DNA of 64,000 bases from a virus. The notes beneath the pieces are model-generated. The model was not told the origin of the DNA and did no database searches. It was given only the letters and a program-made list of their open reading frames with translations. Position 1 is the stretch's first letter, and each line of letters opens with the position of its first letter. The position numbers and the translations under genes are program-made. This document shows, one piece after another, positions 27,688 to 36,436 of the stretch. The stretch lies in the IMG/VR virus record IMGVR_UViG_3300025534_000213, positions 1,576-65,575 of that record; one strand, 5' to 3'.

Positions 27688-27694
27688 TATTTAG
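27688..27694 (-). promoter_or_regulatory. T4-like late promoter core
   Basis: CTAAATA on the minus strand, 31 nt upstream of the GTG at 27656. Confidence 0.6.
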
Positions 27695-27767
27695 TTTGTA
27701 GGCGGTCAGTTGGGACTGCGGGGTTTACTCCATGGATCGCCGTCCCAACCAGCCGGTGGCGATCAGG

Positions 27768-28178
27768 TCAGGTCATGGTGGCGAACGCCAGACGGAAATG
27801 GACCGTGTCTGTCGTTTCCGAGAACCGGAAGATCAGGCCATCGAAGAACCGCTCGACATTAAGCCCATTGTCGATCATCGAGAAACGGGCGAACAACGTG
27901 TAGGTCCCGGTGCAGAATTCCGCGATCCAGTTACGCAACTCCCGTACATCGGCGACGGCGGACTTGGGCACGAACACGTCCTCGTCCTGCGGCTCGACGC
28001 GATTGCGCATGAGCATGGCGTACTGCGGCACCTCGGCCGCGACCGCTTTGCGCCACGTAACCGGGATCATCACCCACGACAGATTCGGCGGATCGAGATT
28101 CGTCTCAGGCTTGCTCGCAAGCAACATGCAAATTATTTCCCCTGTGCGGACCTGTGGCGGTCCGGTGTCCCAAATCAC
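27768..28178 (-). CDS. paralog-family-like hypothetical protein
   Basis: LRNWIAEFCTG.Y...FRFSETTDTVHFRLAF; start uncertain. Confidence 0.5.
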   Translation of the reverse strand: MIWDTGPPQVRTGEIICMLLASKPETNLDPPNLSWVMIPVTWRKAVAAEVPQYAMLMRNRVEPQDEDVFVPKSAVADVRELRNWIAEFCTGTYTLFARFSMIDNGLNVERFFDGLIFRFSETTDTVHFRLAFATMT

Positions 28179-28337
28179 GGCGACGCCCTCGCAGTCGTCG
28201 GAACCCTCATCAAATCGCGTTGAACCGGAGGTTTAATTAGGCAAACGGGATTTGGAACGCAAGCAAAAAAGTCGCGAAACGTGACGGTGCCGACGGGTGA
28301 CTGGCAAAAATGCCACAACGAACCGGAATGGTTTCGT

Positions 28338-29060
28338 TCACTCCGCCAAGACCAACGACATGTCGGAATGCTGGCGCTGGACGACGATATGCTTGCCGAT
28401 CCGGCTCGCCGTCCAGCCCTCGCCGAGGGTCAAACCAAGACGGTTGCAAAGCGCCGCATCGCGCAAATCGAGGGAGACGGGCTTCCCTACAAGGCCGTGC
28501 TCCGCGAGGAGCGCCTCCGTCGGGCCGAATCCGGCCACATGGAAGGTGAACCGGCCGCCGAGGCCGTCAAGGATCAGGCGATCCTCGTCCAGCCGTGCCC
28601 CGGTCAGGTCGGACGGCACCAGAAATTCGAGGACTTCGGCGGATTTACTGTGGTCCTCGGCGCGGGCGTGCTTGAGGCGGGCGATAAGCTCCTCCTCGGA
28701 GAAGGGGACCAGACCGTCGGACTTGCGCACGCGCATCTGCCATTCGCTGATCTCGACCAGCGGCTCCATCTCGGTGAGGATGGTGCGCACATTGCGGGCA
28801 AGCCGGTCGTTGTCGAGGAATTCGACGAAAACGAGGTAGTACCCGTGTTGGTCCGGGGCGGGCGAGACCTCGGTGTCGAGGATCGCGGCCGGGGACTTCT
28901 GTAGGAACCGGTTCAGGTCGTTCGCGGCATCGCGGTCGTGGACGTAGAAGCCAAACACGACGGCGGAGGCATCCACCTTCGACTCGTACTCGTCCACTGA
29001 GATCAGCGGCAGGACGAGGTCCTTGAGATCGCCCGCGCGCATTCCCTCAAACAGGCGCAT
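28338..29060 (-). CDS. hypothetical phage protein
   Basis: LFEGMRAGDL.DLV...ISVDEYESK; overlaps the upstream gene. Confidence 0.65.
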   Translation of the reverse strand: MRLFEGMRAGDLKDLVLPLISVDEYESKVDASAVVFGFYVHDRDAANDLNRFLQKSPAAILDTEVSPAPDQHGYYLVFVEFLDNDRLARNVRTILTEMEPLVEISEWQMRVRKSDGLVPFSEEELIARLKHARAEDHSKSAEVLEFLVPSDLTGARLDEDRLILDGLGGRFTFHVAGFGPTEALLAEHGLVGKPVSLDLRDAALCNRLGLTLGEGWTASRIGKHIVVQRQHSDMSLVLAE

Positions 29061-29556
29061 TCATGCCTCCATTGCCGTCCATCATCGGCGCCTTCTCATC
29101 CGTATGATACGCGCTCTCGTCGTCGATGCCGGAGTCCTTCGCGTCCTCGACATCATCGGTATCGACTGCGTCGTCATAGGTCTCAAGGTCGGCCTCGGCC
29201 ATCTGGTCAAGCAGGCGGCGCGGGACGGACACCTTGATCATCCAGAAGGTCTCGCCGTCCGGGTTCTCGCCCGTGACCGGGTTGTAGGCGTCGCCTGCCT
29301 GCTGGACCTTGCTGTACTCGACACGGAGGTCGTGCTTGAGCAGACGGGGGATGGCACGCGGATCGGGCATCTTGCGGTAAGGCGCCAGCAGGGTGACGGA
29401 CACCCAATGGCGCCGGATTTCGGGGCCTTCAACCACCTCGGTGTCGAACCAACCGGGGAAGCAGTACATGTCGATGCTATCGAACACATCCTCGACTTGG
29501 ATCAGCACATCGAGCAGATGTTCGGAATCGGCGAGTTTTTCGAGGTCGATTGGCAT
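29047..29556 (-). CDS. hypothetical phage protein (late)
   Basis: LLDVLIQVEDVFD..DMY.F..W...EVVEGP...RHWV; late promoter upstream. Confidence 0.65.
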   Translation of the reverse strand: MPIDLEKLADSEHLLDVLIQVEDVFDSIDMYCFPGWFDTEVVEGPEIRRHWVSVTLLAPYRKMPDPRAIPRLLKHDLRVEYSKVQQAGDAYNPVTGENPDGETFWMIKVSVPRRLLDQMAEADLETYDDAVDTDDVEDAKDSGIDDESAYHTDEKAPMMDGNGGMNAPV

Positions 29557-29580
29557 GGCACGCGAGGGCTGTTGACCACG

Positions 29581-29587
29581 TATTTAG
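29581..29587 (-). promoter_or_regulatory. T4-like late promoter core
   Basis: CTAAATA 24 nt upstream of ATG 29556. Confidence 0.6.
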
Positions 29588-29620
29588 TATCGGTGGGCGG
29601 CTGGTCGCCCTCGCGCGCCG

Positions 29621-30127
29621 CTAGAAGCGATGGATCGCCCCGGCAGCACGGATTTCGCGGATCACGGGCGTTCCCGACCACCACCGGACGCGCACGCCGC
29701 ATTCCTCGAAAATGCGTTTCGAGATATCGAGGCCGGAGCGCCAGACATCGCCATTCACCGCGCCCGGCGCGGTACCGGGATATTCGGCGTGCAGCACCAC
29801 CTCGACGATCCCGCTCTGGACGATCATGCGGGCGCAGGCCGTGCAGGGATGGGTGGTCGAGTACAACGTGCATCCCTTGGCCGAGACGCCGACGCGGGCG
29901 CAGGAGGTGATGGCGTTCTCCTCGGCATGGCAGAACAGCGCGTATTTGAGCGGGCGCTCGTAGATAGCCGGATCACCGTCGTTGAAGCCACGCGGCGGCC
30001 CGTTGTACCCCTTCGAGCGGATTTCCCGGTCGGGGCCGACGATGACGGCGCCGACCTGCGTGGAGGGGTCCTTGCTCTTGCGCGCGGCGAGGTATGCTTC
30101 GCTGATGAAATATTCGTCCCAGTCCAT
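29621..30127 (-). CDS. dCMP deaminase
   Basis: WDEYF, SKDPSTQVGAVIV, GYNG.PRG, HAEENAI, PCTAC. Confidence 0.92.
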   Translation of the reverse strand: MDWDEYFISEAYLAARKSKDPSTQVGAVIVGPDREIRSKGYNGPPRGFNDGDPAIYERPLKYALFCHAEENAITSCARVGVSAKGCTLYSTTHPCTACARMIVQSGIVEVVLHAEYPGTAPGAVNGDVWRSGLDISKRIFEECGVRVRWWSGTPVIREIRAAGAIHRF

Positions 30128-30191
30128 GGCGTTCTGAAAACCGGCATTCTGAAATGGACTGGTATGATGCCCGAACTGCCTCCCCAAATGC

Positions 30192-30221
30192 AAGAAGGGC
30201 GGGGTTTCCCCCGCCCTTCTT
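30192..30221 (-). terminator. Rho-independent terminator
   Basis: Minus strand AAGAAGGGCGGGG-GAAA-CCCCGCCCTTCTT (13-bp stem, GNRA loop) after the stop at 30237. Confidence 0.75.
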
Positions 30222-30236
30222 CTGGATCGCGCGGCC

Positions 30237-31490
30237 TCAGCGCCGTCCGCGCACCGAGCGCGGCCCGACCTTGTTGATGGCCCCCGGCGCGCGCCAGCGG
30301 CGGCGCGACAGGAGCATCCTCTGACGTGCGATCTCCCTCTGAGCCTCGTCATCGTCAGGGGTGGGCTGGTCGCTCTCATCCACCACGTCGTCCGCCGTCC
30401 GCACCACCTCGCCTTCCCACTCGCGGTACTCGACGTAATCTGGATCAGGCACGACCACCAGCCCGTCATCGCTCAGGGCCTTGTCCGCCGCCACAGCGCC
30501 TTCGGCCACGAGTTCGAGTTCCGGCTCCGGCTCCGGTTGCCGCATCGGCTGGGCGACGACCCTTGGAGCGGCTTCGACCGGGCGCTCCGGCACATGCCTC
30601 GGCTCCGGGGGCAGATCGGCTGCCGAGACGGGCGGCTCAGCAGGCGGCTCGGCGGATGGCTCGGCAGGCGGCGAAGCGGGTTCCGGCTCCTGTCCCGGCG
30701 ACGGGGCCAAAGCCGTCTCGCCTGACTCCCCGGTACCGCTCGGACAGATCGCCGGGTGCGGTGTCAGGATCGGCTCAAGGAAGGCGCTCAGCAGGTCGCG
30801 CGCCTCGACCACGCGATTGATCTCGCCCGTCGGTACCCCGAAATTCGGTATGACCTCCCGCGCCAGCGATTCGAAGGCTTCGGTGATCTCACGGGCCTCG
30901 CGCACCGCCTCGGGCGGCCGTCCGGCCTTGCGCTCGGAGTCATAGGCGGCGATGAGCGCATAGGCATTGCGGATGCGGGTCGAGAAGTCGCCGAGAGCCT
31001 TGACGATTTCCTCACTGAGGACCGGCTCGCGGACGATCTCGGTCCGGTCGATGGGCGGCCAGAACCGCACATGCGGCACCGGCTTCGGCGGGGCAGTGTC
31101 CTTCTTGAAGTGCTTGGCGATGATCCAGTCCTTCTCACCCCATTCGAGGGTGAAAAAGGGCATCTGCCGGGAGCCGCCCGCCCGCTCGAAAGCCGCCTTG
31201 AGATCGGCCGCCAGCGAACCCTCGATGACCGCCTCGTACCCTCCGCGCTCACGCTCGACCACGGGGAAGGCATCGGGAGCGCGGATGGAGTTCGTGCCTT
31301 TGAAGGCTAGTACGCCATCGTCATAGCGCACCCGGATACCGGCGAGGTCGTTGCCCTTCATCATGTTCATCTGGAAGGGCTTGTTGAAGGTGATCGTGAA
31401 GGTGACCAATTCGTCGGCCTTCTGATCGGCCTGCTTTGCGGCCTTGGGTTCCGTTTGCCTTGCGGCCCTGTGTTCTGGTCGTTTTGCCAT
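30237..31490 (-). CDS. hypothetical protein with Pro/Glu-rich linker
   Basis: GGAG RBS; 417 aa; EPPAEPP repeats. Confidence 0.65.
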   Translation of the reverse strand: MAKRPEHRAARQTEPKAAKQADQKADELVTFTITFNKPFQMNMMKGNDLAGIRVRYDDGVLAFKGTNSIRAPDAFPVVERERGGYEAVIEGSLAADLKAAFERAGGSRQMPFFTLEWGEKDWIIAKHFKKDTAPPKPVPHVRFWPPIDRTEIVREPVLSEEIVKALGDFSTRIRNAYALIAAYDSERKAGRPPEAVREAREITEAFESLAREVIPNFGVPTGEINRVVEARDLLSAFLEPILTPHPAICPSGTGESGETALAPSPGQEPEPASPPAEPSAEPPAEPPVSAADLPPEPRHVPERPVEAAPRVVAQPMRQPEPEPELELVAEGAVAADKALSDDGLVVVPDPDYVEYREWEGEVVRTADDVVDESDQPTPDDDEAQREIARQRMLLSRRRWRAPGAINKVGPRSVRGRR

Positions 31491-31898
31491 CAGGCGCTCC
31501 TGTACATCTAAACCGAGTTGACCACGTAACTTTCAGAAGTCAACCACATTTTTTGCCAGCATGGCTGTCCCGAACGTGACGTGGTCCGCCCGCACATCCC
31601 GAACGAAGCCGCTGCCGGTCTGCAATTTTTCATCCGGTCCGTGTGCCCGGAAATCGCATGTTCGGCGCCCCTTGCCCCCTCTTATACACACGAAAGGCGG
31701 TTCCAATCCAGATTTTTTTGCGGTTATCCGCAAAAATAAGGGCCGAACCTGCTTAGGTGGGAGTACCGATGCTCCGCTGCCTCGGGAGGCAATTGTGTGG
31801 GCACACCGAAAAAAATCGGTTGCATAACGACAAAATTAGGTTAGGGTCGGACAGCTATCGAACGGACCCTGTGTGTCCGTCAACTCAGAGGTGAAATC

Positions 31899-32687
31899 AT
31901 GGCCCGACGCCAAACCAAGGCGGGCGCTGCCGCGCCTGCCCGTGCCGCCTCGCGAGCGAAAGCCGCCCCGCCGAAGCGCGAGAAGGTCTCGCCGCCCCCT
32001 GCCCCGGCCGAGGAGGAGATCGAGGTCGTCGAAGCTCCGGGGCTCAACGAGTATCTGGGCCTCGTGCGGCTGCTCAAGACCATCGAGACCCTCGCGGAGA
32101 CGCGGTACGGCGACCTCAAGCCGATGCTGGCCGAGTTCTTCATGGAGGAGACGGCGAAGCTCGACGCGCGGGCCAAGGAACTGCGCCTGAACACGCCGGT
32201 CACGGTCGATGACCTGCCCAAGAGCTTCACCGTGGTGGAGGGCCGGAGCGCCGTCGCCAAGGTGTCGCTCCGGCGCAAGCCGATCCGGGAAAGCGGCCTG
32301 CCTGCGGCCACGGTGGCGAAGTTCCGGGAAGCAAACATTCCGCTGCGGCACGAGAAGGCGGGCTTCGCGGTGAATCCGGCCTATGACGGAAACCGGGAAG
32401 TCTACATGTCCCTCGTCAAGCTGATCGCCGCCAACCCGGACAGCGGAGTGCCGCTCGATTTCGTGGCCCAAACGCCCGCCCGCTCGATGCCGGAGGAGGA
32501 TACCCTGCTGCGCATCCTGCGGCTCGGCAACAGGGGCTACGACCTGCTCACCACGCTCTATAATGTGGTGATCTCGGATGGCGAGATCGACGACGCGAGC
32601 GTGCAGCGGGCGGTCAGGAGCGTCGAGAAGTCACTCGGCGGCGCCGCCGAGAGCGCGACCAAGGCCAAGGGCCGGAAGGCCGCCTGA
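31899..32687 (+). CDS. hypothetical protein with basic Ala/Lys termini
   Basis: GAGGTG RBS; 262 aa; strong GC3 bias. Confidence 0.65.
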   Translation: MARRQTKAGAAAPARAASRAKAAPPKREKVSPPPAPAEEEIEVVEAPGLNEYLGLVRLLKTIETLAETRYGDLKPMLAEFFMEETAKLDARAKELRLNTPVTVDDLPKSFTVVEGRSAVAKVSLRRKPIRESGLPAATVAKFREANIPLRHEKAGFAVNPAYDGNREVYMSLVKLIAANPDSGVPLDFVAQTPARSMPEEDTLLRILRLGNRGYDLLTTLYNVVISDGEIDDASVQRAVRSVEKSLGGAAESATKAKGRKAA

Positions 32688-32738
32688 AACGGGTCCGGGG
32701 GCCGTGCGGCCCCCTCCCCTTCCCTGCCGTGGTCCGGC

Positions 32739-32766
32739 GCCACGGCGATAAATAGTCGGCCATGGC
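32739..32766 (+). promoter_or_regulatory. late promoter in an imperfect hairpin covering the ATG
   Basis: ATAAATA at 32748-32754, 7 nt before ATG 32762; GCCAcGGC-GAT pairs with GTCgGCCaTGGC. Confidence 0.55.
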
Positions 32767-33490
32767 CGACACACCTCCCCTCCCCTCCTCCGGCAGCATC
32801 CGGGCGAAGATCAGGTTCCACGACACCCTCAACCCGAAGGTCTGGTCGGGCGACGAGATGCGCCCCGAGGTCCGGCTGCGCCTGCTGCGCGGCGCCTTGG
32901 CCTTCTATCGTTTCCTCGGGGTGGACGGCCTCCGGGTGCAGGATATCGTCCTCACCGGGTCGAACGCTGCCTATAACTACACCGATCTCTCCGACCTCGA
33001 TGTCCATCTGATCGTGGACCTCGCGGCCACCCCCTGCCCCGACCTCGCCGAGAACCTGTTCCGCGCCAAAAAGGCCCTTTGGTCCGACACCTACCATGCG
33101 ATGGTGCGCGGCTGCTCGGTGGAGTTCTATGTGGAGGACGCCGCCGAGCCCGCGCGCTCCAACGGGGTCTATTCGATCCTGCATGGCCGCTGGGTCAGGA
33201 AGCCGGAGCGGACGCCGCCGCACCCGGATGATGCGGCCGTGGTCCACAAGACGCGGGCCTATGCGGCCGAGATCGAGCACCTGCTGGCCGCCGACCCGTC
33301 GGTGCGCGAGATCGACGCCATCTTCTCCCGCCTCCACGATCTCCGCCGGGTGGGGCTGCAAAAGGGCGGCGAGTTCTCGACCGAGAACCTCACCTACAAG
33401 GCCCTTCGCAATCTCGGCCTGCTGGACAAGCTCTGGGATGCCCGCGTGCGGGCCATCGACGCGGACCTATCGTTGGCCGAAGCCCGCTGA
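32762..33490 (+). CDS. Pol-beta-superfamily nucleotidyltransferase-like protein
   Basis: LTGSNA.YNY...SDLDVH (GS + DxD), VEFYVED, GVYSI, GEFS.ENL.YK.LRN. Confidence 0.75.
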   Translation: MADTPPLPSSGSIRAKIRFHDTLNPKVWSGDEMRPEVRLRLLRGALAFYRFLGVDGLRVQDIVLTGSNAAYNYTDLSDLDVHLIVDLAATPCPDLAENLFRAKKALWSDTYHAMVRGCSVEFYVEDAAEPARSNGVYSILHGRWVRKPERTPPHPDDAAVVHKTRAYAAEIEHLLAADPSVREIDAIFSRLHDLRRVGLQKGGEFSTENLTYKALRNLGLLDKLWDARVRAIDADLSLAEAR

Positions 33491-33506
33491 GCGGGCCATC
33501 GCGGCG

Positions 33507-33762
33507 CGAACCGGAACCGCCCCTTGCGGTTCAAATCGCCAATTTCGGCCATGCTTTTCAGCAGCTTCCGCAAACGCCTTTGACCCCCGTGGCGGCGCCG
33601 GAGGCCGCATCCTGCCGCTGCACCCCCTGCGGCCAACCGGCGGCGTTCCGGCGGGCGCGACCTGCTCCGGATGCCCGCAATCCGGTCCGTCCGGTGCCCC
33701 TCGCAGGACGAACCCGAACGACGAGATGCGGTTCAAATCGGCAAATCGCGCCCATCTTTTCA
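33507..33762. repeat. duplicated ~55-bp element downstream of the parA operon
   Basis: CGAACC.GAAC...TGCGGTTCAAATCG.CAA...CCAT.CTTTTCA at 33507-33560 and 33709-33762 (202-nt offset). Confidence 0.7.
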
Positions 33763-33817
33763 ATGACTTGCTGGATCACCCCCGGACCCGGTCCGGGCGG
33801 GCAAAACCCGCCCTCTC

Positions 33818-34570
33818 CTAGGCATCCTCCGGCCTTTTCTCACCAAGTTCGGCCTCGATCTCGGCGATCTCTTGGTCGATCTGCGCGAGCCGCTGCACCA
33901 ACAGCCGCCGTTGCCTCATCAGGCGGTTCTTGGCCTGACGCAGCACGCGCGGGCTGCGCTGGCCCGGCGGCGAGAGGGTGATGAGTGCCTCTCGCTTCCA
34001 CTCGATGATCTCCGAGCGGCTTACATCGGGCCGGATCAGCCGGGCCTCCTCGGCCTTCCGGAACAGGGTGTCCGTCATCACCGTGAACTCGTAGAGCAGC
34101 GTGTAGTGCTTCGGCAGGCGCTCCACCGGCAGTCGGCGGCTGTCGATGGCATCGGCCACGCTGATGAGCTTGGTGACGGTCGGCGCCGACAGGTGGGCGC
34201 CGTAGATGCGCGATGCATTGGCGAGGAGCTTCTTCCACTCCTCCTCCGCCAAGGCGGCCCGGAGGGCGCCGATGCTACGGCCGATGCCGATCTGGCCCTC
34301 AAAGACCTGTAGCGACAGGTCCTTGACCTCGTTCTGGGAACGGAGGATCGCGTGGACCTTCTCCGTATTGAACATGATCTCCTCACCGAAGATGTTGGAG
34401 ATCAGCGTGGTTCGCGCCGGGTCGGCCTGCGTGGGATCGGCCGCGATGATCGCAGCGGCGGGGCGCTGTGTGATCTGGTTCGCGGGTGGCGCTGCCGCAT
34501 CGGATTGCTGTTCGCTCTCGACCCGACGCCGGAGCGCCTCGATCTGCCTGCGGTTCAGCCCCGTCGTCAC
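33818..34570 (-). CDS. putative partition partner (ParB-role) protein
   Basis: GTG start overlaps the parA TGA (GTGA); disordered N-terminus, helical core, C-terminal coiled coil; no clear ParB CTPase motif. Confidence 0.55.
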   Translation of the reverse strand: MTTGLNRRQIEALRRRVESEQQSDAAAPPANQITQRPAAAIIAADPTQADPARTTLISNIFGEEIMFNTEKVHAILRSQNEVKDLSLQVFEGQIGIGRSIGALRAALAEEEWKKLLANASRIYGAHLSAPTVTKLISVADAIDSRRLPVERLPKHYTLLYEFTVMTDTLFRKAEEARLIRPDVSRSEIIEWKREALITLSPPGQRSPRVLRQAKNRLMRQRRLLVQRLAQIDQEIAEIEAELGEKRPEDA

Positions 34571-35292
34571 AGCGCAGTCTCCCGCCGTACCGTATCCCAG
34601 ACCGTCTCGAAGGCGCCGCGCGCTCGCTCGAAGGTCTTGCGCTCCTTCGCCCGGATGGTGGACGGATCGTAATCGAGCACGGTCAGGCCGATGCCGGAAT
34701 CCTTCGGGATCATCGTCAGGCGCGGGATCGGGACCGGCAGGACATTGCAGACCGGGATCATCTTCTTGAGCGCCAGCTTGTAGGCATCCGTCTTGTCGTC
34801 CACGGCCGAGAGGCAGAAGGAGACGCGCTTCGCCATGGGCGCCAGCGCCCTGCCCCATTCCAGCGTCTCGGACAGGTCATCATCCGTCGTGCCGCTGGGA
34901 ATGATGACGTAATCGGCGATCTGGCTGGCGATGGCCTGCAAGGGCGGCACCGCTCCCTTGACGCCCGGCGGCGTGTCCAGCACCGCGAGGTCGTACGCGG
35001 CCACCTGCTTGAGGACATTGCGCCAGTCATTGAGGTCCCCGGTGATGACATCCACCTCGGTAACCTCCGAGGCGATTTCACGGGTTTTCCGGCGGCTCTC
35101 ACCCCAGCGGGAAAGGCTTTGCTTGTCGAGGTCGATCCCGATCACCCGGAGCCCGGCCATGGCGCCGCTGACCAGCAAGGCCCGGCTGAGGGTCGTCTTG
35201 CCGACCCCACCCTTCGGTGCGGTGATGAGGATGACCCGACAGGCACGCCGCTGCGTGCTGATAGGTACAACGGTTGAGGTTGCAGCCGACAT
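34567..35292 (-). CDS. parA: ParA-family partition ATPase (short, plasmid-type)
   Basis: Deviant Walker A PKGGVGKTT, IDLDKQ.SL..W, YDLAVLDTPPG, ADYVIIP; AGGGGGG RBS. Confidence 0.88.
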   Translation of the reverse strand: MSAATSTVVPISTQRRACRVILITAPKGGVGKTTLSRALLVSGAMAGLRVIGIDLDKQSLSRWGESRRKTREIASEVTEVDVITGDLNDWRNVLKQVAAYDLAVLDTPPGVKGAVPPLQAIASQIADYVIIPSGTTDDDLSETLEWGRALAPMAKRVSFCLSAVDDKTDAYKLALKKMIPVCNVLPVPIPRLTMIPKDSGIGLTVLDYDPSTIRAKERKTFERARGAFETVWDTVRRETAL

Positions 35293-35373
35293 GATCCCCC
35301 CTTTGAATCTGTCGCCGGGGCAATATGCCGGTACCGAACGCGTTCTGGGTAGGGGGTGCTGGCACGCGGCCCT

Positions 35374-35545
35374 TCGCGCAACGCATTGAAATCATTTGAT
35401 TTCCCCGGAGAAATCCGATTCGCCGGGCGGCTAAGATGCGGTTTTCGGGCGCCGACGTGGCATCACTGCCACATACCTGCCGGGACGGCCAAAGAGAGGC
35501 CAATCGCGCAAGCTATTGAAATCTTTGGATTTCCCCGGAGAAATC
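35374..35545. repeat. 42-bp direct repeat with internal palindrome upstream of parA
   Basis: 35374-35415 and 35504-35545, 37/42 identical; each ends in the near-palindrome GATTTCCCCGGAGAAATC. Confidence 0.85.
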
Positions 35546-35648
35546 ACGAAATCCCGTATGCGGGCGGCGCTCATTGGGGACGATTTGGTGTGCTGGTGCG
35601 CCGCGTGTTGGGGGTCGTGCTGCGCCGTGCCGACCCCCTGCCATTCCA

Positions 35649-36269
35649 TCAGGTCAGGATGATGCGGATCGTGTAGATGACCTCAATCGAGCGATTGAGG
35701 GATTTCTGCACGGGGTGGAAAATCACGTGGCTGAGCAGCTTGCCGTCGCCAGCGCCCGTCGGATCGAATGCCTTGAGACCGAGTTCGTCGAACACATAGG
35801 AGCCGTCGTTGTTGGGCGCATCGTCGAAAGCGTCCTGCCCGGAGGGCTCGTTCAGGTCGAGCGTGCAGGTGACGATCACATCCGAATACACCGTGCCGAG
35901 CGTGTGCTGGACCCTGAGCTTGTTCAGGTCCGGGCTCGGGTTCATGGCCGACATGTCGTCCACGACCTTGGCATAGGTCTGATTGTAAAGCTGTGCGTCC
36001 TGCCCGACGACATTCGGCGGGAAGTAGTTGATGGTGCCGACAGCGGATACGGTCGAGGCGCCGTTTCCGAATACCATCTGGTGAATGTGGCCGTTCGGAC
36101 GATTGGCGAGGCCAAGGGCTAGGCACTCGCTCATATTCTCGAAATGCACGGCGTTGAATTTATCGACTAGCACCTCCTTGGTGACCGCGTCGCGGATGAG
36201 GACGTGGCCCTTGAAGCGCAGACCGATCTTGTCGTGGAGTTCACCCCTTCGGTCGTGGAGATTGCTCAT
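35649..36269 (-). CDS. putative baseplate/tail structural protein
   Basis: GHVLIRD...K.NAVH.EN, M.FGNG, FDELGL, HVIFHPVQKSLNR.IEV.YTIRI; at the end of the baseplate module. Confidence 0.65.
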   Translation of the reverse strand: MSNLHDRRGELHDKIGLRFKGHVLIRDAVTKEVLVDKFNAVHFENMSECLALGLANRPNGHIHQMVFGNGASTVSAVGTINYFPPNVVGQDAQLYNQTYAKVVDDMSAMNPSPDLNKLRVQHTLGTVYSDVIVTCTLDLNEPSGQDAFDDAPNNDGSYVFDELGLKAFDPTGAGDGKLLSHVIFHPVQKSLNRSIEVIYTIRIILT

Positions 36270-36420
36270 CGTCTGACTGAAATGCCTTTCTCGAAATCAG
36301 TAGATCGCGCTGGTTCACGAGGACCTCGCCCGTGTTCCGGTCGCGGATGAGGAGATGGCAGATCAACGCCACCTTCCCCTCATCGTCGTAATCGCGTGCT
36401 GAAATCTGCGTCGTGCTCAT
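36241..36420 (-). CDS. 59-aa protein missed by the ORF track
   Basis: MSTTQISARDYDDEGKVALICHLLIRDRNTGEVLVNQR...; late promoter core ATAAATA 9 nt upstream; resembles the N-terminus of the next gene. Confidence 0.6.
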   Translation of the reverse strand: MSTTQISARDYDDEGKVALICHLLIRDRNTGEVLVNQRDLLISRKAFQSDDEQSPRPKG

Positions 36421-36429
36421 AATTGCGCC

Positions 36430-36436
36430 TATTTAT
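36430..36436 (-). promoter_or_regulatory. T4-like late promoter core overlapping the stop of the giant gene
   Basis: ATAAATA on the minus strand. Confidence 0.55.

Noticed and set aside
32762-33490. cGAS/CD-NTase or toxin-antitoxin MNT assignment for the nucleotidyltransferase
   Set aside because: Only the generic GS/DxD motif is visible, there is no adjacent effector or HEPN gene, and it resembles a generic phage NTase
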